DNA from: Octopus bimaculoides
Taxonomy: Eukaryota
Assembly (NCBI RefSeq): GCF_001194135.2
Contig: NC_068991.1
Location: 16,146,438-16,206,991 of the forward strand
Reading direction: 5' to 3'
DNA: 60,554 nt
Shown here in pieces: positions 35,466 through 48,939 of the stretch (the stretch's first letter is position 1; every line of letters begins with the position of its first letter). The notes under the pieces were generated by a model. That model was given only the letters and a program-made list of their open reading frames with translations, did not search any database and was not told the DNA's origin. Both the position numbers and the translations under genes were made by a program.

Positions 35466-36689
35466 CACTTATTCTATCCATCTCCTTTTGCCAAACTGCT
35501 AACTGATGGAAACATAAACAAACCAGTGTTGGATGTCAACAGTGGACAAACAAAGATATACATACACACATACATATATAATGGGCTTCCACAAAGTTTC
35601 CATCAATCAAATTTACTTATAGGGCATTTATTGGTTAGTCAAAGCAATAGTAAAAAACACTCAAGGTACCGTGCAATATATTTGAACCTGAAATCATGTA
35701 TTTATGAAGTGAATTTCTTAACCACACAGCCATACCTGCACTTATATTCTAAATGAGTGTGTGAGTGTGTGCACACATGCAAATATCTATAAATGTTGAT
35801 ATCACACAGCTTCATTTGTTACCACTTGACCAAAACAGTGAGATGTTTACGTTTCTTGGTGACATTAGGACTGGTCATTCTTCATCAGTACATCATTTGA
35901 CCAGTCTCAGAGAAATGAGCAGCCAAACTACTAATCCACTCAACAAATCTAGTAACTACAGAGAACTGGAGCTACTAATTTGTATAACATAAGTGTTTCA
36001 CACTTCATTTAAAATATCAGCAGTCTGTCAACAGCTAAATATATACACATATATGCACAGTTGGTATTTTGCTCAAAATATTTTGAATATTTTGTGTAAA
36101 AGAATTCAACTTACTGCAATATAGGGCAAGAAGGAAAATGAAAACATTTTGTAGCATAATTTTCCTTAGAGTTTTACAAAACTGGATTGCTTCATGAACG
36201 ACAAAATGCCTAATAAAACTTATTTGTGATAAATAATAATAAAAAAACCAAAACAAATCAAGTAGCTAATAATTGAATAATTGTATGACATTTTTATGGG
36301 GGTGAAATGTTGCTGGTAATTTAAAACTAAAACATGAGTTGATCTTTTAATCAGAAAACCTACAAACTGTTAAAAGTTCAGCAAGTACTCTGTACAAGTT
36401 TACGGAGAACAAAAATTCTTTGTTACAAAACCTTTGATTCAAGGGTTGTTTTTTTCATGAAACTGAAGGATTTTGTCGCACTTATAAATTTAGGGTTAAA
36501 AATTTTAACAATTTCAGGTAATGCTACAAGTCAATGATGTGCATTGGGTAACATTGGCTAAAATGTTATGCTATTTTTACCACTGAATGTGGCATCACTG
36601 TTACACAGCCACTGGACTTGGGAATTTCAGTAATGTTCAAGATGACCTGCTTGTGGAAGGCTTTTGTCCAGGATAACGGTACGAAAATA

Positions 36690-37058
36690 TATCTTTTACT
36701 TGTTTCAGTCATTAGACTGGGGCACCACCACGAAGAATTTTTAGTTGAATGAATTGATCCTGGTACTTATGCCTTTTGTTAAGCCCGGTACTTATACTAT
36801 TGGTCTCTTTTGCCAAACTGCTAAGTCATGGGGAGTAAACACACCAAAACTGGTTTTCAAGCAGTGGTGGAGGACAAACACACACACACATATGATGGGC
36901 TTCTTTCAGTTTCTGCCTACCAATTCCATTCACAAGGCTTTGGTTAGCCTGAGGCTATAGTAGAAGACACTTGCCTAAGGTGCTAAAGGGGGGGACTGAA
37001 CCCAGAACCATGTGTTTAGGAAGCAAGATCTTTACCACACAGTGATGCCTGCACCTAT
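36690..37058 (-). mobile_element. SINE family A
   Basis: Consensus match. Confidence 0.8.
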
Positions 37059-37674
37059 ATGAAGTAAATTTTTAATTTTTTGAAATATCTTACAGAAAAC
37101 AACATAAAAATCAATATAACTAGAAAAAGAAATTAAATAAGATTCAGTTTATTTTATGAATGTATTGACATGAATCAGCAAATGCAAAAACAGTTTCTTT
37201 AAATATTTCTAAAACAGATGTTTGCTTTGATATATTTTATTTTCATTGTACATGACCCTGTAGCTGTTGAGTGCATTTTTAATTTGTTTTCTGATTTGTG
37301 TTGTTTTCTGTACATTTGAATCTTTATCTATTAATCATGGTGTTAAGAAGAACATCCAACTATAAAAAAAAAACATGTCAACTAAATCATTGGAACAAGA
37401 TATGATTCTTCTGACTTGGATGCTGTCAACCCATCCAGTACATTACCAGTAAGGAAAACAGGCATAGAATAATAAAAATTATGATTTTCCCAAAATTTTA
37501 AGTTAACTTTGAGATCTTTAATCCATTTGTTACTATATTTCCCTTGAAAAAAAACTGACTTTATTTCAATTAATTTTTAAAATAATGAAGAATTTACTCA
37601 AAATAATTTTGTTGTTATTAAACTGGTGTTTGGAAAAAAAAGTAACTAAAAAAATTTGATGGGAAATTTTAACC

Positions 37675-38343
37675 CAGGCGTTCTCAACTGGAGTCCATAT
37701 AAGATTATTGGGGTCCATGGATGCAATATAATAAATTGGGGTGGGGGGGTCAATGGTAATTTTTCAGGGGCCATGGAAAAAATTGTGCTTTAGACCAGTA
37801 AAGTTTACATATAATAAACTGATTATACATTCACAATACACAAAATATTTTGACAATTTTTTTGTGTGTTGGCACTCCATCGCTTACAACGTCGAGGGTT
37901 CCAGTTGATCCGATCAACGGAACATGTGTACCCTTAACGTAGTTCTCGGGGATATTCAGCGTGACACAGTGTGACAAGGCTGACCCTTTGAATTACAGGC
38001 ACAACAGAAACAGGAAGTAAGAGTGAGAGAAAGTTGTGGTGAAAGAGTACAACAGGGTTTGCCACCATCCCCTGCCGGAGCCTCATGGAGCTTTAGGTGT
38101 TTTCGCTCAATAAACACTCACAACACCCGGTCTGGGAATCGAAACCACGATCCTATGACCACGAGTCCGCTGCCCTAACCACTGGGCCATTGCGCCTCCA
38201 CTGACAATTTTTATACAAGTCCTAATAATATTTAATTATGAAAATGCAATAGGATTTTCTAAACATCAAATGGCTATGGGGGTCCACCCAAATAAAATAG
38301 GAATCAAAGGGGTCCATAAGTAAAAAATGGTTGAGAACCCCTA
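37675..38343. mobile_element. hAT-like MITE split by a SINE B insertion
   Basis: Termini caggcgttctcaac / gttgagaaccccta; TSD not recognisable. Confidence 0.65.
37862..38201 (-). mobile_element. SINE family B with a ~47-bp internal deletion
   Basis: 11-bp TSD tgacaattttt (37851 / 38202); reads ggaac|atgtgtac instead of the full consensus. Confidence 0.9.
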
Positions 38344-38542
38344 GCATGCAGATTACTTTATCAAATATAATTCTCATTTATTCACATTGCTTTGAATTAA
38401 TCACGTATTATCTAGTAGCTTCATGATTCCAAATGATGTGATTGTTTACTTTCCGAATGACATTGTAGGGTAGGTGTGAGAAGTCAAACCTGGCTAGCTT
38501 GAACTTAAAACAGGCAGCCTATTTGGGCCGGATATGGTTGAT

Positions 38543-38769
38543 TTAACCCTTTAGCATTTAAATTGGCCATATGTGGCCCGAATATTTTACCTGTTTTATG
38601 TTCAAACCAGCCAGATTTGGCCTCTCATACCTATCCTACAATGTCATTCTAAAACTGAACAATTACATCATCAAAATCTCAGAGCTACAAGATAATGCAT
38701 GATCAATTGAAAACTATGTGAATAAATCAATGTTACATTTGACAGAGTAAGCTGAATGCTAAAGGTTAA
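38543..38769. mobile_element. E1 TTAA-MITE
   Basis: TTAAccctttagcatt ... aatgctaaaggTTAA. Confidence 0.85.
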
Positions 38770-38784
38770 TAGGCTCATCTATAC

Positions 38785-39035
38785 CAGGGGTTTTCAAACT
38801 TTTTGACTTGCGGGACCCCTTTATATAAACGCTTATGAAATTTATACATAAATATTTGCTTAAAATAACATATATTTTTACATTTATTTATTTAACAGTA
38901 TTTAACAAATAGGTTTATTGTCAATTAAAAGATTTCGATTAAAAAACATATATAAAATCAAATTGCCCATAAAAAGTATTTGCTGTCTACGGACCCCCTG
39001 TCTTGTCCTTGCGGACCACAGTTTGAAAACCCCTG
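38785..39035. mobile_element. hAT (Charlie-type) MITE
   Basis: Perfect 16-bp TIR caggggttttcaaact / agtttgaaaacccctg; perfect 8-bp TSD atctatac. Confidence 0.93.
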
Positions 39036-40119
39036 ATCTATACCACTTAGACGGTGAAGGTACCGCAGCAGAGTTTTATACTTGGATGCTTTTCTTGTTG
39101 CTAATTCTTTACCTGTTTTTCAAGAAAAAAATCTTTTTTTTTTAATTCCAGAGGAATTGAAAAGTACAGAGAGCAGTTGTTTTGTTGATAGGAAATGTCA
39201 ACAAACATCACCAGCTGCAGCCTAACCACAAGCAGTGTAGATTGTAAACATTCACACACATACACATGTGTATGTGCATGCACCCGTGCGCACACACACA
39301 CACACACAGAGTCCGAATTAGAAACAGCATGATCAAAGAGTGCCTTCGACTGTATAACTAATCAATGAGAGCTGACCTGAGGCTAAGCACAACTTTATGG
39401 GTCAAAAACAAGCTTCTATGTGATCACTCAAATGGCTAAAAATAGCAGCCAAATCTACCTCAAATCACATCCTACTGTTTTTGAAAAGTAAGGATGCATT
39501 AGGCAATAGATATACAAAACAGGGGATGGTCAAAATTGGAATGTCAAGTCTGATTGATGAAAGCTGACCTGAGATCAAATAACAATAATACACAATAGTT
39601 CAACTTTTTAGAAACAGCAGCCACATGTCTCCCAAATCACACCCTCTCCACCTTAAAAAGAAAGATATCACTTGAGATAATGTAGTCCTAGATACATTAT
39701 ACTTGGGAGGGGAAATGTCCAAGATGGTTACAAGTAGAACAGTTTTGATTGTACATAGGTCTACTCGATCAGAGCTCACCTGGAGCTAAACAGCAACTTC
39801 AAGACAGAGCTTAGAACATTCCATGGCTTATTTATGTATTTGCTTTGTTGCATGACTCCATCTGAGAATGAGGGCTTAAAAGAACTTGAGTCTAAGTCTC
39901 CATAATAACAACTTCACCAATATCAGAGGTCACCTGAAAACACACAATGACCTAGAAATTTTCAAAGGAAAGAAAAATTTAGTGTACAAGTATCAAATAT
40001 TACAACCAGGAAATGCAATGATGTGTGGATCCAAAGACACAGTTTTCAGTGATGTAAAAGTATTGACAAGGTACTAACACAGATTAGACATATGAATGAC
40101 TCATCTGTTTCGAGTTTGA

Positions 40120-40330
40120 AATACTAGTTTCAAATTTTAGTATAAGGCCAGCAATTTTTGTGGGAGGGAGTAAGTCAATTACATCGCCCCTAGTGCTCAA
40201 CTGGTACTTATGTTATCAACCCCAAAAGGATGAAAGGCAAACTTGACCCCGTTGAAATTTGAACATAGAACTTAAAAACAGATGAAATGCTGTTAAGTAT
40301 TTTGTATAGGGTGCTAATGATTCTGCCAAC
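40120..40330 (-). mobile_element. SINE family C
   Basis: Consensus match. Confidence 0.75.
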
Positions 40331-41091
40331 TAGCCACATTATAAGCTTGAAATATTAACCTCTCTTTATATTTCACATATATATATCTACCTACACAAAC
40401 CCACCAACATTTATTTTGCCAAATTGTGTGTGTAGATAAACATATATATGGGTACACACACACACACACATTGTAATCCCAGGTATATTCGGCAATATCG
40501 TTGACAAGCAGCAATGTTTAGGCATAAGTGAACTTTTACATTCATTAAAAATTATGTTTGTGACATAAACTACGACAGACAATTCACTACAGTTACCAAG
40601 GAGAAAACATTCTCTCTTGTGGTGAAAGGTGCAAAAACACCATATCTGCCCAGTGTTGCCCCCATATCAGATTCCCAGAGAGCATTTCTAGCTCTTTAGC
40701 CATTATCAATGGGAAATACTGAATAGAGATAACTCTGGGCAGATTTGAAGCCATAACTTTAACTAAAACACTGTCAACAACATTGACTGGGTTGCACTAT
40801 CAGACCACCAGGTCAGGCGAAACCCAGCAGTATCAGAGCCAAGCAGTGTTTAGATATGATGTTTTCATACCTTTTACTGTGAGAGAGAATTTTTTCCCCT
40901 GCAGTAACTGCAGTGAATTTGCCTTTAGCAGTTGAAATATGTCACAAACATTATCTAAACTAACCTAAAGTTCACATAAAATGTATATTCCTAATCATCA
41001 GCATCATCATCATTTAACATCCATTGAATGATGTTAAGTATAATATATATATGCATATGTATGTATGCATGTGGGTGGGTGTGTGTGTGTG

Positions 41092-41134
<43 letters not shown>

Positions 41135-41739
41135 ACCTACATACATATACATAAATGCATCGTTTCGAATAGTTTACTGAGATTCTGTGAAAACCATCTC
41201 GGACAACTAACTACACTAGCCGGTTTGACAGCTAATAGATGCAAAAGAAAAGACAGTAGACAGAGAATGGGTTGAGGAGGTGAGGTTGTAGGGGGGGGTT
41301 TTCTATAATTTCAAAAAAAAAAAAAAACCTGTAACATTGAGAAAATGAGGAAGGGAGGAAATAAAAAGGACAAAATAAATATATTTATATCTTTAGAACA
41401 GCCTTTTCTTTTTATTTCTTGTTTGTCTAGTCTTTCATTATCTTCTCTCACACTCTACACACTTTCATTTCAAATGTCAAGTGGAAAACAGTGGCCTTGA
41501 AATAAGCCATGAAATTTACTTTCTAAAGAAAGTGATTTGACATAAAAATAATTGATCAACAGAATTGGTAAAACTTCGCATGAAATAACTTAGTTGTTGT
41601 TTTTACTTGCTGGGGGTCTCAAGGAAGGGGTAATAGTTTTTGTTTCAAACTCACCAGTTTAGAAAGGTCTGTGAAGGCCCTCCTAGATTGGTGCAATTAA
41701 CACCACTGCTACTCCTTCTGAACCTTCGTAAGTCAACAT

Positions 41740-42100
41740 CTAAACCAGGAGGGAATTCTAAGGAGCTGATGTTCTGGGAAGTAAGGACTGGGTAAAGTGA
41801 TTAGTGTAAGGTGGAGCCCGAGGCAGGGATAGACACTGCAACAGTTATGAGACAAGGAGAGATGTGTGAGTGAGAAGCACCCAGTGGGGTTGGCACAAAC
41901 TCAGCTATTTCCCTGGAACAGAGGCCATTATAGTAGTAGCTGAAAAAGGTAAAGAGCAGAGACAGCATAACTGAGGGCCAAAGACTGGAATGTTTGTGAG
42001 CAACTTTATGCCAACCAGTCTTGTGGCCCTTTTCTGGATATGATTGAGGATGTCGCTGTGTACAATGGCAGCACTGTCTTAGACGTGGGGGTAGTAGTCT
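41740..42100 (-). mobile_element. CR1/Jockey-like LINE post-RT fragment
   Basis: HSDILNHIQKRATRLVG ... SALYLFSYYYNGLCSREIAEFVP resembles the LDRIQxxAxRLI...LSxFYRYFxGxCSxEL region. Confidence 0.65.
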
Positions 42101-42182
42101 GTTGCAGGTTCTACTTGGACTTTGTAGAATATCTCTTTACATTCTAAGTTCAAAGCCCACCAAAGATATTTCCATTCATCCT

Positions 42183-42466
42183 TTAACCCATTACCTACCA
42201 GTGATCTCATATGAGATCACTTAAAAATTACAAATTTCGTAATTATCTGTCAATATTTACACATATCTAACCTTTTTGCTATATCTACTAGGTATATTTT
42301 CTGATATTCAAATGAGGTTTGCTAATTTTTCACCCAATATCTTGCTTATTTCTATTTAAAATGTTATTTTGATCATTCCAGCATGTTTCTAAGGCTGTTT
42401 TATGCTAGAAATCAAAGTTTCATAAAAAAATTCCAGTTAATAGAATTATGGGAGGTAATGGGTTAA
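42183..42466. mobile_element. TTAA-flanked piggyBac-like MITE (third family)
   Basis: Perfect 14-bp inverted ends including TTAA: ttaacccattacct / aggtaatgggttaa. Confidence 0.8.
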
Positions 42467-44711
42467 AGAAAGTGTGTGACAAAACTGATTAGCCATCCTT
42501 CCAAATTCATAGCTTTGTGCTTATTCTTTTATTCTCTTACTAGATTTAGGTCGAGAGCTGCAGCCATGCTGGAGCAACTGGAAGAATTGTTAGAGCCTTG
42601 TACAAAATACCTTGTGGTACTTGGTGACAATCCTTTATGACCAGAGTTCAAATCCCAGCAAGGTCAATTTTGCACTTCATCTTTGCCAATAACCAGGAAG
42701 TAATTTGATGAAAATCAACCCCCAATACTTGACTGGTACCTATTCATCAACCCTGAGAGGATGAAGAGGTGAAGTCAACCATGGCAGGATTTGAATTGAG
42801 AAAATAAAGAACCAAAGCTTTTTTTTTTTTTTTTTACCTGACTGCTCTAACAAATTTGCCAGTCTAATAATTCTAAAAACTTCACCAAAACTCAGCTGGA
42901 ACTGCACAAACTGAAAAATCCTATTCAATAACAACTGCCTTGGTGAGACCTCATTAATTTTTAGTCCACTCTGTGGGGTGGCTGGTGTTAGGAAGAGCAT
43001 CCAGCCATAAAAATTGTGCCAAAACAGACACAGAAGTCTGGTGCAGTCTTCAACCTGGCCAGCTCTTGTCAAACTGTCCAACCCATGCCAGCATGGAAGG
43101 CAGACGGTAAATGATAACGATGATGATGTTGACATCATCAATCCACACATGCAACTATCCAACATTAGAACATAGGTTCAAACCCCACACTATTCAAACC
43201 ACTGTTTCATCCTAACAATAGATAACATAAGAAATTCTATAGTAACACCACTCAGGTGCAGATATGGCTGTGTGGTTAAAAAGTTTGCTTCTCAACCATG
43301 TAGTGTTGGGTTCAGTCCTACTGTGAAGCACCTGGGGCAAATGTTTCCTACGATAGTCCTACTCTTTTACTCTTTTACTTGTTTCAGTCATTTGACTGTG
43401 GCCATGCTGGAGCACCACCTTTAGTCGAGCAAATTGACCCCAGGACTTATTCTTTGTAAGCCTAGCACTTATTCTATCGGTCTCTTTTTGCCGAACCGCT
43501 AAGTGACGGGGACATAAACACACCAGCATCGGTTGTCAAGCAATGCTAGGGGGACAAACACAGACACATACATACATATATATACATATATATGACGGGC
43601 TTCTTTCAGTTTCCGTCTACCAAATCCACCCACAAGGCTACGCTGAACAATGCTTTATGAGTGAATTTGGTAGATGTAATATTTACAGAAGCCAGTAATA
43701 TCATCATCACCATTTAACATCCATTTTCCATGCTGGTATGGATTGGACAGTTTGACAGGGGCTGGCTAGGCAGAAGATTGCACCAGGTTTTGGTAGCTGA
43801 ATATCCTTCCTAATATCATACATATACATATGTATTCATACATGCATGTGTGTGTGCTTGTGTGAATGTTTGAGCTACACAACCAGTGATGTCAGTTGGG
43901 ATTTGCCCTCAATAAATTGTTTACTAGTTCTGTAATTTTGAAGACAAATAGAAAAGAAAAAAATCTGTTACTTGAAAAATAAGTAAGAGTTAAAGACAAG
44001 AAGGGCACTTAGCTGTAAAACAATGCCTCAATAATATGTACCCACCTAACTCATGCTAGCATGGGAAGACAAATGAACCTATATAATCAATTGGTACAAC
44101 ACAACTGTGTCAATGTTTTCTTGATTGTAATCTTTTTAGAATTTAGAAGCTAGTAATTCTATCTTAAAATCAATGCCTTGCCCAACCAGACAAGAAGAAA
44201 AAAGGTTGCATCATCTATATTACTCAACTTCTATTTATTTATTTTTAGAGTGGTTAACAGAGCAGTTTGCTACATTTATTTAGTAATATATGACAAATGC
44301 GGTAAACAATCTACATAAATTATGCACTGAAAAACAACGAAACAAAACAATGCCATATGAAATTACATTTCTGAATTTGTGACAAGCTAAAGACCAAATT
44401 TTAAAAATTACTAGCATGTGGTAAGAAATTTGCTTCCCAGTTACATGATTCCAGGTTCGGTCCCACTGCATTGCACCTTAGGCAAGTGTCTTCTACAATA
44501 GCCTCAGAATGACCAGACTTGTGAGTGGATTTGGTAGATGGAAACTGAAAGAAGCCCATCATATGTGAGTGTATGTGTGTGTGTTTATATTTGTTTGTCC
44601 CCGCCTCCACCACTTGACAACCAGTGTTGGTGTGTTTACATCCCAATAACTAGCAGTTCAACAAAAGTGACCGATAGAATAAGTATCAGGTTTAAAAAAA
44701 AAAAAAAACTA

Positions 44712-44974
44712 TAGGTGCAGGAGTGGCTGTGTGGTAAGTAGCTTGCTNNNNNNNNNNNNNNNNNNNNNNNNNNNNNNNNNNNNNNNNNNNNNNNNNNNNN
44801 NNNNNNNNNNNNNNNNNNNNNNNNNNNNNNNNNNNNNNNNNNAGTCCCACTGCGTGGCACCTTGGGCAAGTGTCTTCTACTATAGCCTCGGGCCGACCAA
44901 TGCCCTGTGAGTGGATTTGGTAGACGGAAACTGAAAGAAGCCCGCCGTATATATGAATATATATATATACATAC

Positions 44975-45011
<37 letters not shown>

Positions 45012-45208
45012 TGTGTTTGTCCCCCCAACATCGCTTGACAACCGATGCTGGTGTGTTTATGTCCCTGTAACTTAGCAGTTCGGCAAAAGAGACCGTTAGA
45101 ATAAGTACTAGGCTTCCAAAGAATAAGTCCTGGGGTCAATTTGCTCGACTAAAGGCGGTGCTCCAGTACAGCCACAGTCAAAAGACTGAAACAAGTAAAA
45201 GAGTAAAA
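44712..45208 (+). mobile_element. SINE family A, full length, with an N gap in the head
   Basis: ggtgcaggagtggctgtgtggtaag...gaaacaagtaaaagagtaaaag. Confidence 0.9.
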
Positions 45209-45254
45209 GCATTATTATAGATTTTGTAAAGCCAATAATTAGGATTGCCTTATT

Positions 45255-45430
45255 GTGGAAGTGTGTGGATTAGTGGTTAGGGGTGTTGGATTAAAGATTG
45301 TAAGATTGTGGTTTCAATTCCTGGACTGAGTGAAGTGTTGTGTTCTTGAGGAAAACAGGATTTCACGTTGCTCCAGTCCACTCAGCTGGTAAAAATGAAT
45401 AACCCTGCAACAGACCGTCTGTCCAGCGAT
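45255..45430 (+). mobile_element. SINE family G (tRNA head + ttcttgag...tttcacgttgctccagtccactcagctg core)
   Basis: A second copy lies at ~47345-47690. Confidence 0.7.
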
Positions 45431-45693
45431 GAATATATATGCCAGAGAAATCAGCCTTATGAGTCTGTATGACTCGGGAAGGACCTTTATCCTATCCTAT
45501 CCTTATTGAAAGAGTTCTATCATCTTAAACAATGTAGAGTATGCTTTGTTGGTGATTTGATTTCGGAGTAGCTAACAGTGAGATAAAACTAACCAAACAA
45601 AATCTGTGAATTGCTCAAGTGTGACACTACATGTCATAGATAGTTTGTTACTGAGGTGGCTTAATTTGAACTGGAGATGGCTATGGTGAAACT

Positions 45694-45852
45694 CAAATCG
45701 GGACAATTACCCCCCAAAGGACAATTATTCTCCTTGGTTAATTACCCCCTCTCCAATATATTAAGAAGTTTTAAATCATCATTTGTTGTCCTCAGGGGTA
45801 AATGTCCTTTGGGGGTTATTGTCCATGAGGGAGGGGTAAATGTCCTAGACTC
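45694..45852. mobile_element. short foldback element with GGACAATTACCCC subrepeats and 9-bp TSD
   Basis: Direct repeat ggtgaaact at 45685 and 45853; inverted ggacaattacccc / ggggtaaatgtcc arrays. Confidence 0.65.
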
Positions 45853-45946
45853 GGTGAAACTGTAACTGCTAAAATAAAGAAGAAAGGTGGTAGAGAAAGT
45901 TTTGAGACCTCTATCGGCAACAAAAGTCTCTACTTCAATAAGCAAG

Positions 45947-46338
45947 GTGGAGGCGCAATGGCCCAGTGGTTAGGGCAGAGGACTCGCGGTCGTAGGATCA
46001 CGGTTTCGATTCCCAGACCAGGCGTTGTGAGTGTTTATTGAGCAAAAACACCTAAAGCTCCACGATGCTCCGGCAGGGGATGGTGGCGAACCCTGCTGGA
46101 CTCTTTCACCACAACTTTCTCTCACTCTTACTTCCTGTTTTTGTTGTGCCTGTAATTCAAAAGGGTCAGCCTTGTCACACTGTGTCACGCTGAATATCCT
46201 CAAGAGCTACGTTAAGGGTGCACGTGTCTGTGGAGTGCTCAGCCACTTGCACGTTAATTTCATGAGCAGGCTGTTCCATTGATCGGATCAACTGGAACCC
46301 TCGACGTCGTAAGCGACGGAGTGCCAACAACAACAACG
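45947..46338 (+). mobile_element. SINE family B, full length
   Basis: 9-bp TSD ataagcaag (45938 / 46339); (CAA)n tail. Confidence 0.92.
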
Positions 46339-48939
46339 ATAAGCAAGACTACCTCAAGCATGTGTAAGGAAAGCTGTGGTTTCATAACCCCAGGTCAGCT
46401 CTGGTGAAACAGGATCAAAGTATGCAAAAAGACAGTCAGCTGGAATGAGTGGGCAAGATTCACAGATCTATTTTCCTAGTTATACCCTGTCCCCTCTGCC
46501 AAACTGAGAACCAATGATACTGCACAATTTGACATGCAGGGACAAAAGGGATGGAGTAATGCAACAGTATGCACGCATCACATTTTTGCTACTGTCCAGT
46601 TTATTTATGGATGCCTACAGATATAAGGCCATACATAGCAGAGAAAGCCAAGTGGACTCACTCATAGCATGACAGCTGCTGCTCTTTTGCAATAGTTGAA
46701 GATGTTGCACACTGCAGCATAGTAGTTAGCACTAATGAAAATATTAATGTTGCAGCTATTTCTGTGCTCTTTTTATTTTTTCCTACTGCATGCATTACGT
46801 CTGCTTTTCCATGCCAGCATGGATCAGACAATTACATACTGATGTGCTGTTTTGCAGCTGGCAGCCCTTCCTATCACTGCCTGTTTTATTTTTTATTTTT
46901 ATTTTTCAAGGGGTTATTCATCCCACTCAACTTTAAAAACGTAGAACTACTGGATGATTTGTCGACTGAGAAATGCCAACAACACTACTCATAACTCAGC
47001 TGCGTGTGTGTGTGTGTATGGGTAGGGATAACGGATGTAGGAGAAATAGACAGACAGACAACTAGATAGATGTACACACACACAATGGGATTTGAACAGT
47101 TTCCATCAATGAAATTCACTCATAAAGCATTGGTTAGTCAAAGGTTATAGCAGTTGACATTTGCACAAGGTGAAACTCAAAACAAGGGGGAGAGATAATG
47201 GCTTTATAAGATGTACTCCTGGATAATCGTATATATGCCTGAATGTTTAGAGGTGATTATTCATGTGGTGGCAAGGACTGGAGGGGGGGTGTTAAAGTTA
47301 CTTGCCGAAATGACCTGTGTCACTTGGATATAAACTGTGATGGTATGTAGTGCACAGCTCAGTGGTTAGAACGTCGGGCTCACAATCATGAAGTAGTGAG
47401 TTCAATTCCTGGACCAGACAGTGTGCTGTGTTCTTCAGCAAGACACTTTATTTCACGTTGCTCCAGTTCACTCAGCTGTAGAAATGAGTTGCAACATCAC
47501 TGGTGCCAAGCTGTATCAGCCTTAGCCTTTCCCTTGGATAACATTGGTGGCTAGGAGTGGGGAGGATGGTATGCATGGGTGACTGCTAGTCTTCCATAAA
47601 CAACCTTGCATGGACTTGTGCCTCTGAGGGTAACTTTCTTGGTACAACCCCTTGATCATTCATAACAGAAGGAGTTCTTTACCCGTTATGTAGTGCACTG
47701 TTTTGTGCTTTATATAGAGAGATCATGAGCTCAGCCCAGACTAGACTATTTTATGAACATATTTCTTTTGTGCTGTTTGTGAATGATCTAAAGTATGTTT
47801 GTGTGTCATTTTGCTTTCTTCATTGTGTCTTTTATGTGTTACAGATTTCGTGGAATAATTCTATTTAACCCTCTATCATTTAAATCAACGTTCTATGGCC
47901 AAAATATTCTGCCTGTTTTATCTTCAAACCAGCCAGATCTGCCCTCTCATCCACCTTACAATGTCATTATAAAAATAAGCAATTACATCTTTAAAATCTC
48001 CAAGCTATAAGATAGTGCATGATTAATTCCAAACAATGTGAATAAATAAGCATTACATTTGACAATAATTTGAATGCTGAAGAGTTAACCTGTAGTATTG
48101 TAATCCTCAGTGTGGATATTTAGTATATTATATTGTCAAGTGTGGTATTTGTTTGTATCTGATGTTCATGGTGTTGCTAGTAAGAAGAGACCCAACGGAT
48201 CTGGTAGGTGCGGATTTAAGTTTTATTTCTGGAGCTAGATTCCTAAGCAATTGATGTAGAATTAGAGTAGTTGTGCCGCAGTGTCTGGAGAATAGTGAGA
48301 AGATATGAATATGATGTCATTTGTGTATATGTTTCAAGGTGTAGGATGGTCATATAGGTATATGGTGATACTCCTTTCAGGAATTTACAAGTTCTGGAAG
48401 TGTTGTTCATATGTTTGGCAACTTGACAGACAGATTGCAAGCCTTAAGAAGAGTGTGTTCCTATTTGATTGTGAAGGTAATGGGTATTAACCCTTTTGTT
48501 ACAATATTTGTGCTGTGTTTCTTTCAATTAATTTTAAATATAACAAAGAATTTTGTAAAATAACTTAGTTATCATTAAGCTAGAGTTGGGTACATAAATT
48601 GTAACTAAGGTTTGGTGGAAGATTTTAATTCAGAACTTTTGAAAACAAGACATTTGTATTACAAAGCTAGAGGCGGTTCCAGGCGGCTTGGTATTGAAAT
48701 GGTTAATCATGAGTAGAAGATCTTTAGAGGATAGAGAAGAAATAAAAGAAGCTTGATTGCCCACCTTGTCTCTTATAACAGCGAAAACACATAGACAACT
48801 TATATTAAAAATACCACAAAACAACACCTTTTCTAAACAAGAGAAAGAAGCACTCCACTAAAGCCCTTTCACCCCAAATACAGGGCTTCAATATCACTGA
48901 GGACGATCGCAAATCTTTAGCACCTAGGACTATGTCCCA

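Noticed and set aside
45950-46020. tRNA gene
   Set aside because: A/B-box head continuing into a ~390-bp SINE body with tail and TSD; the same applies to family A, C and G heads.
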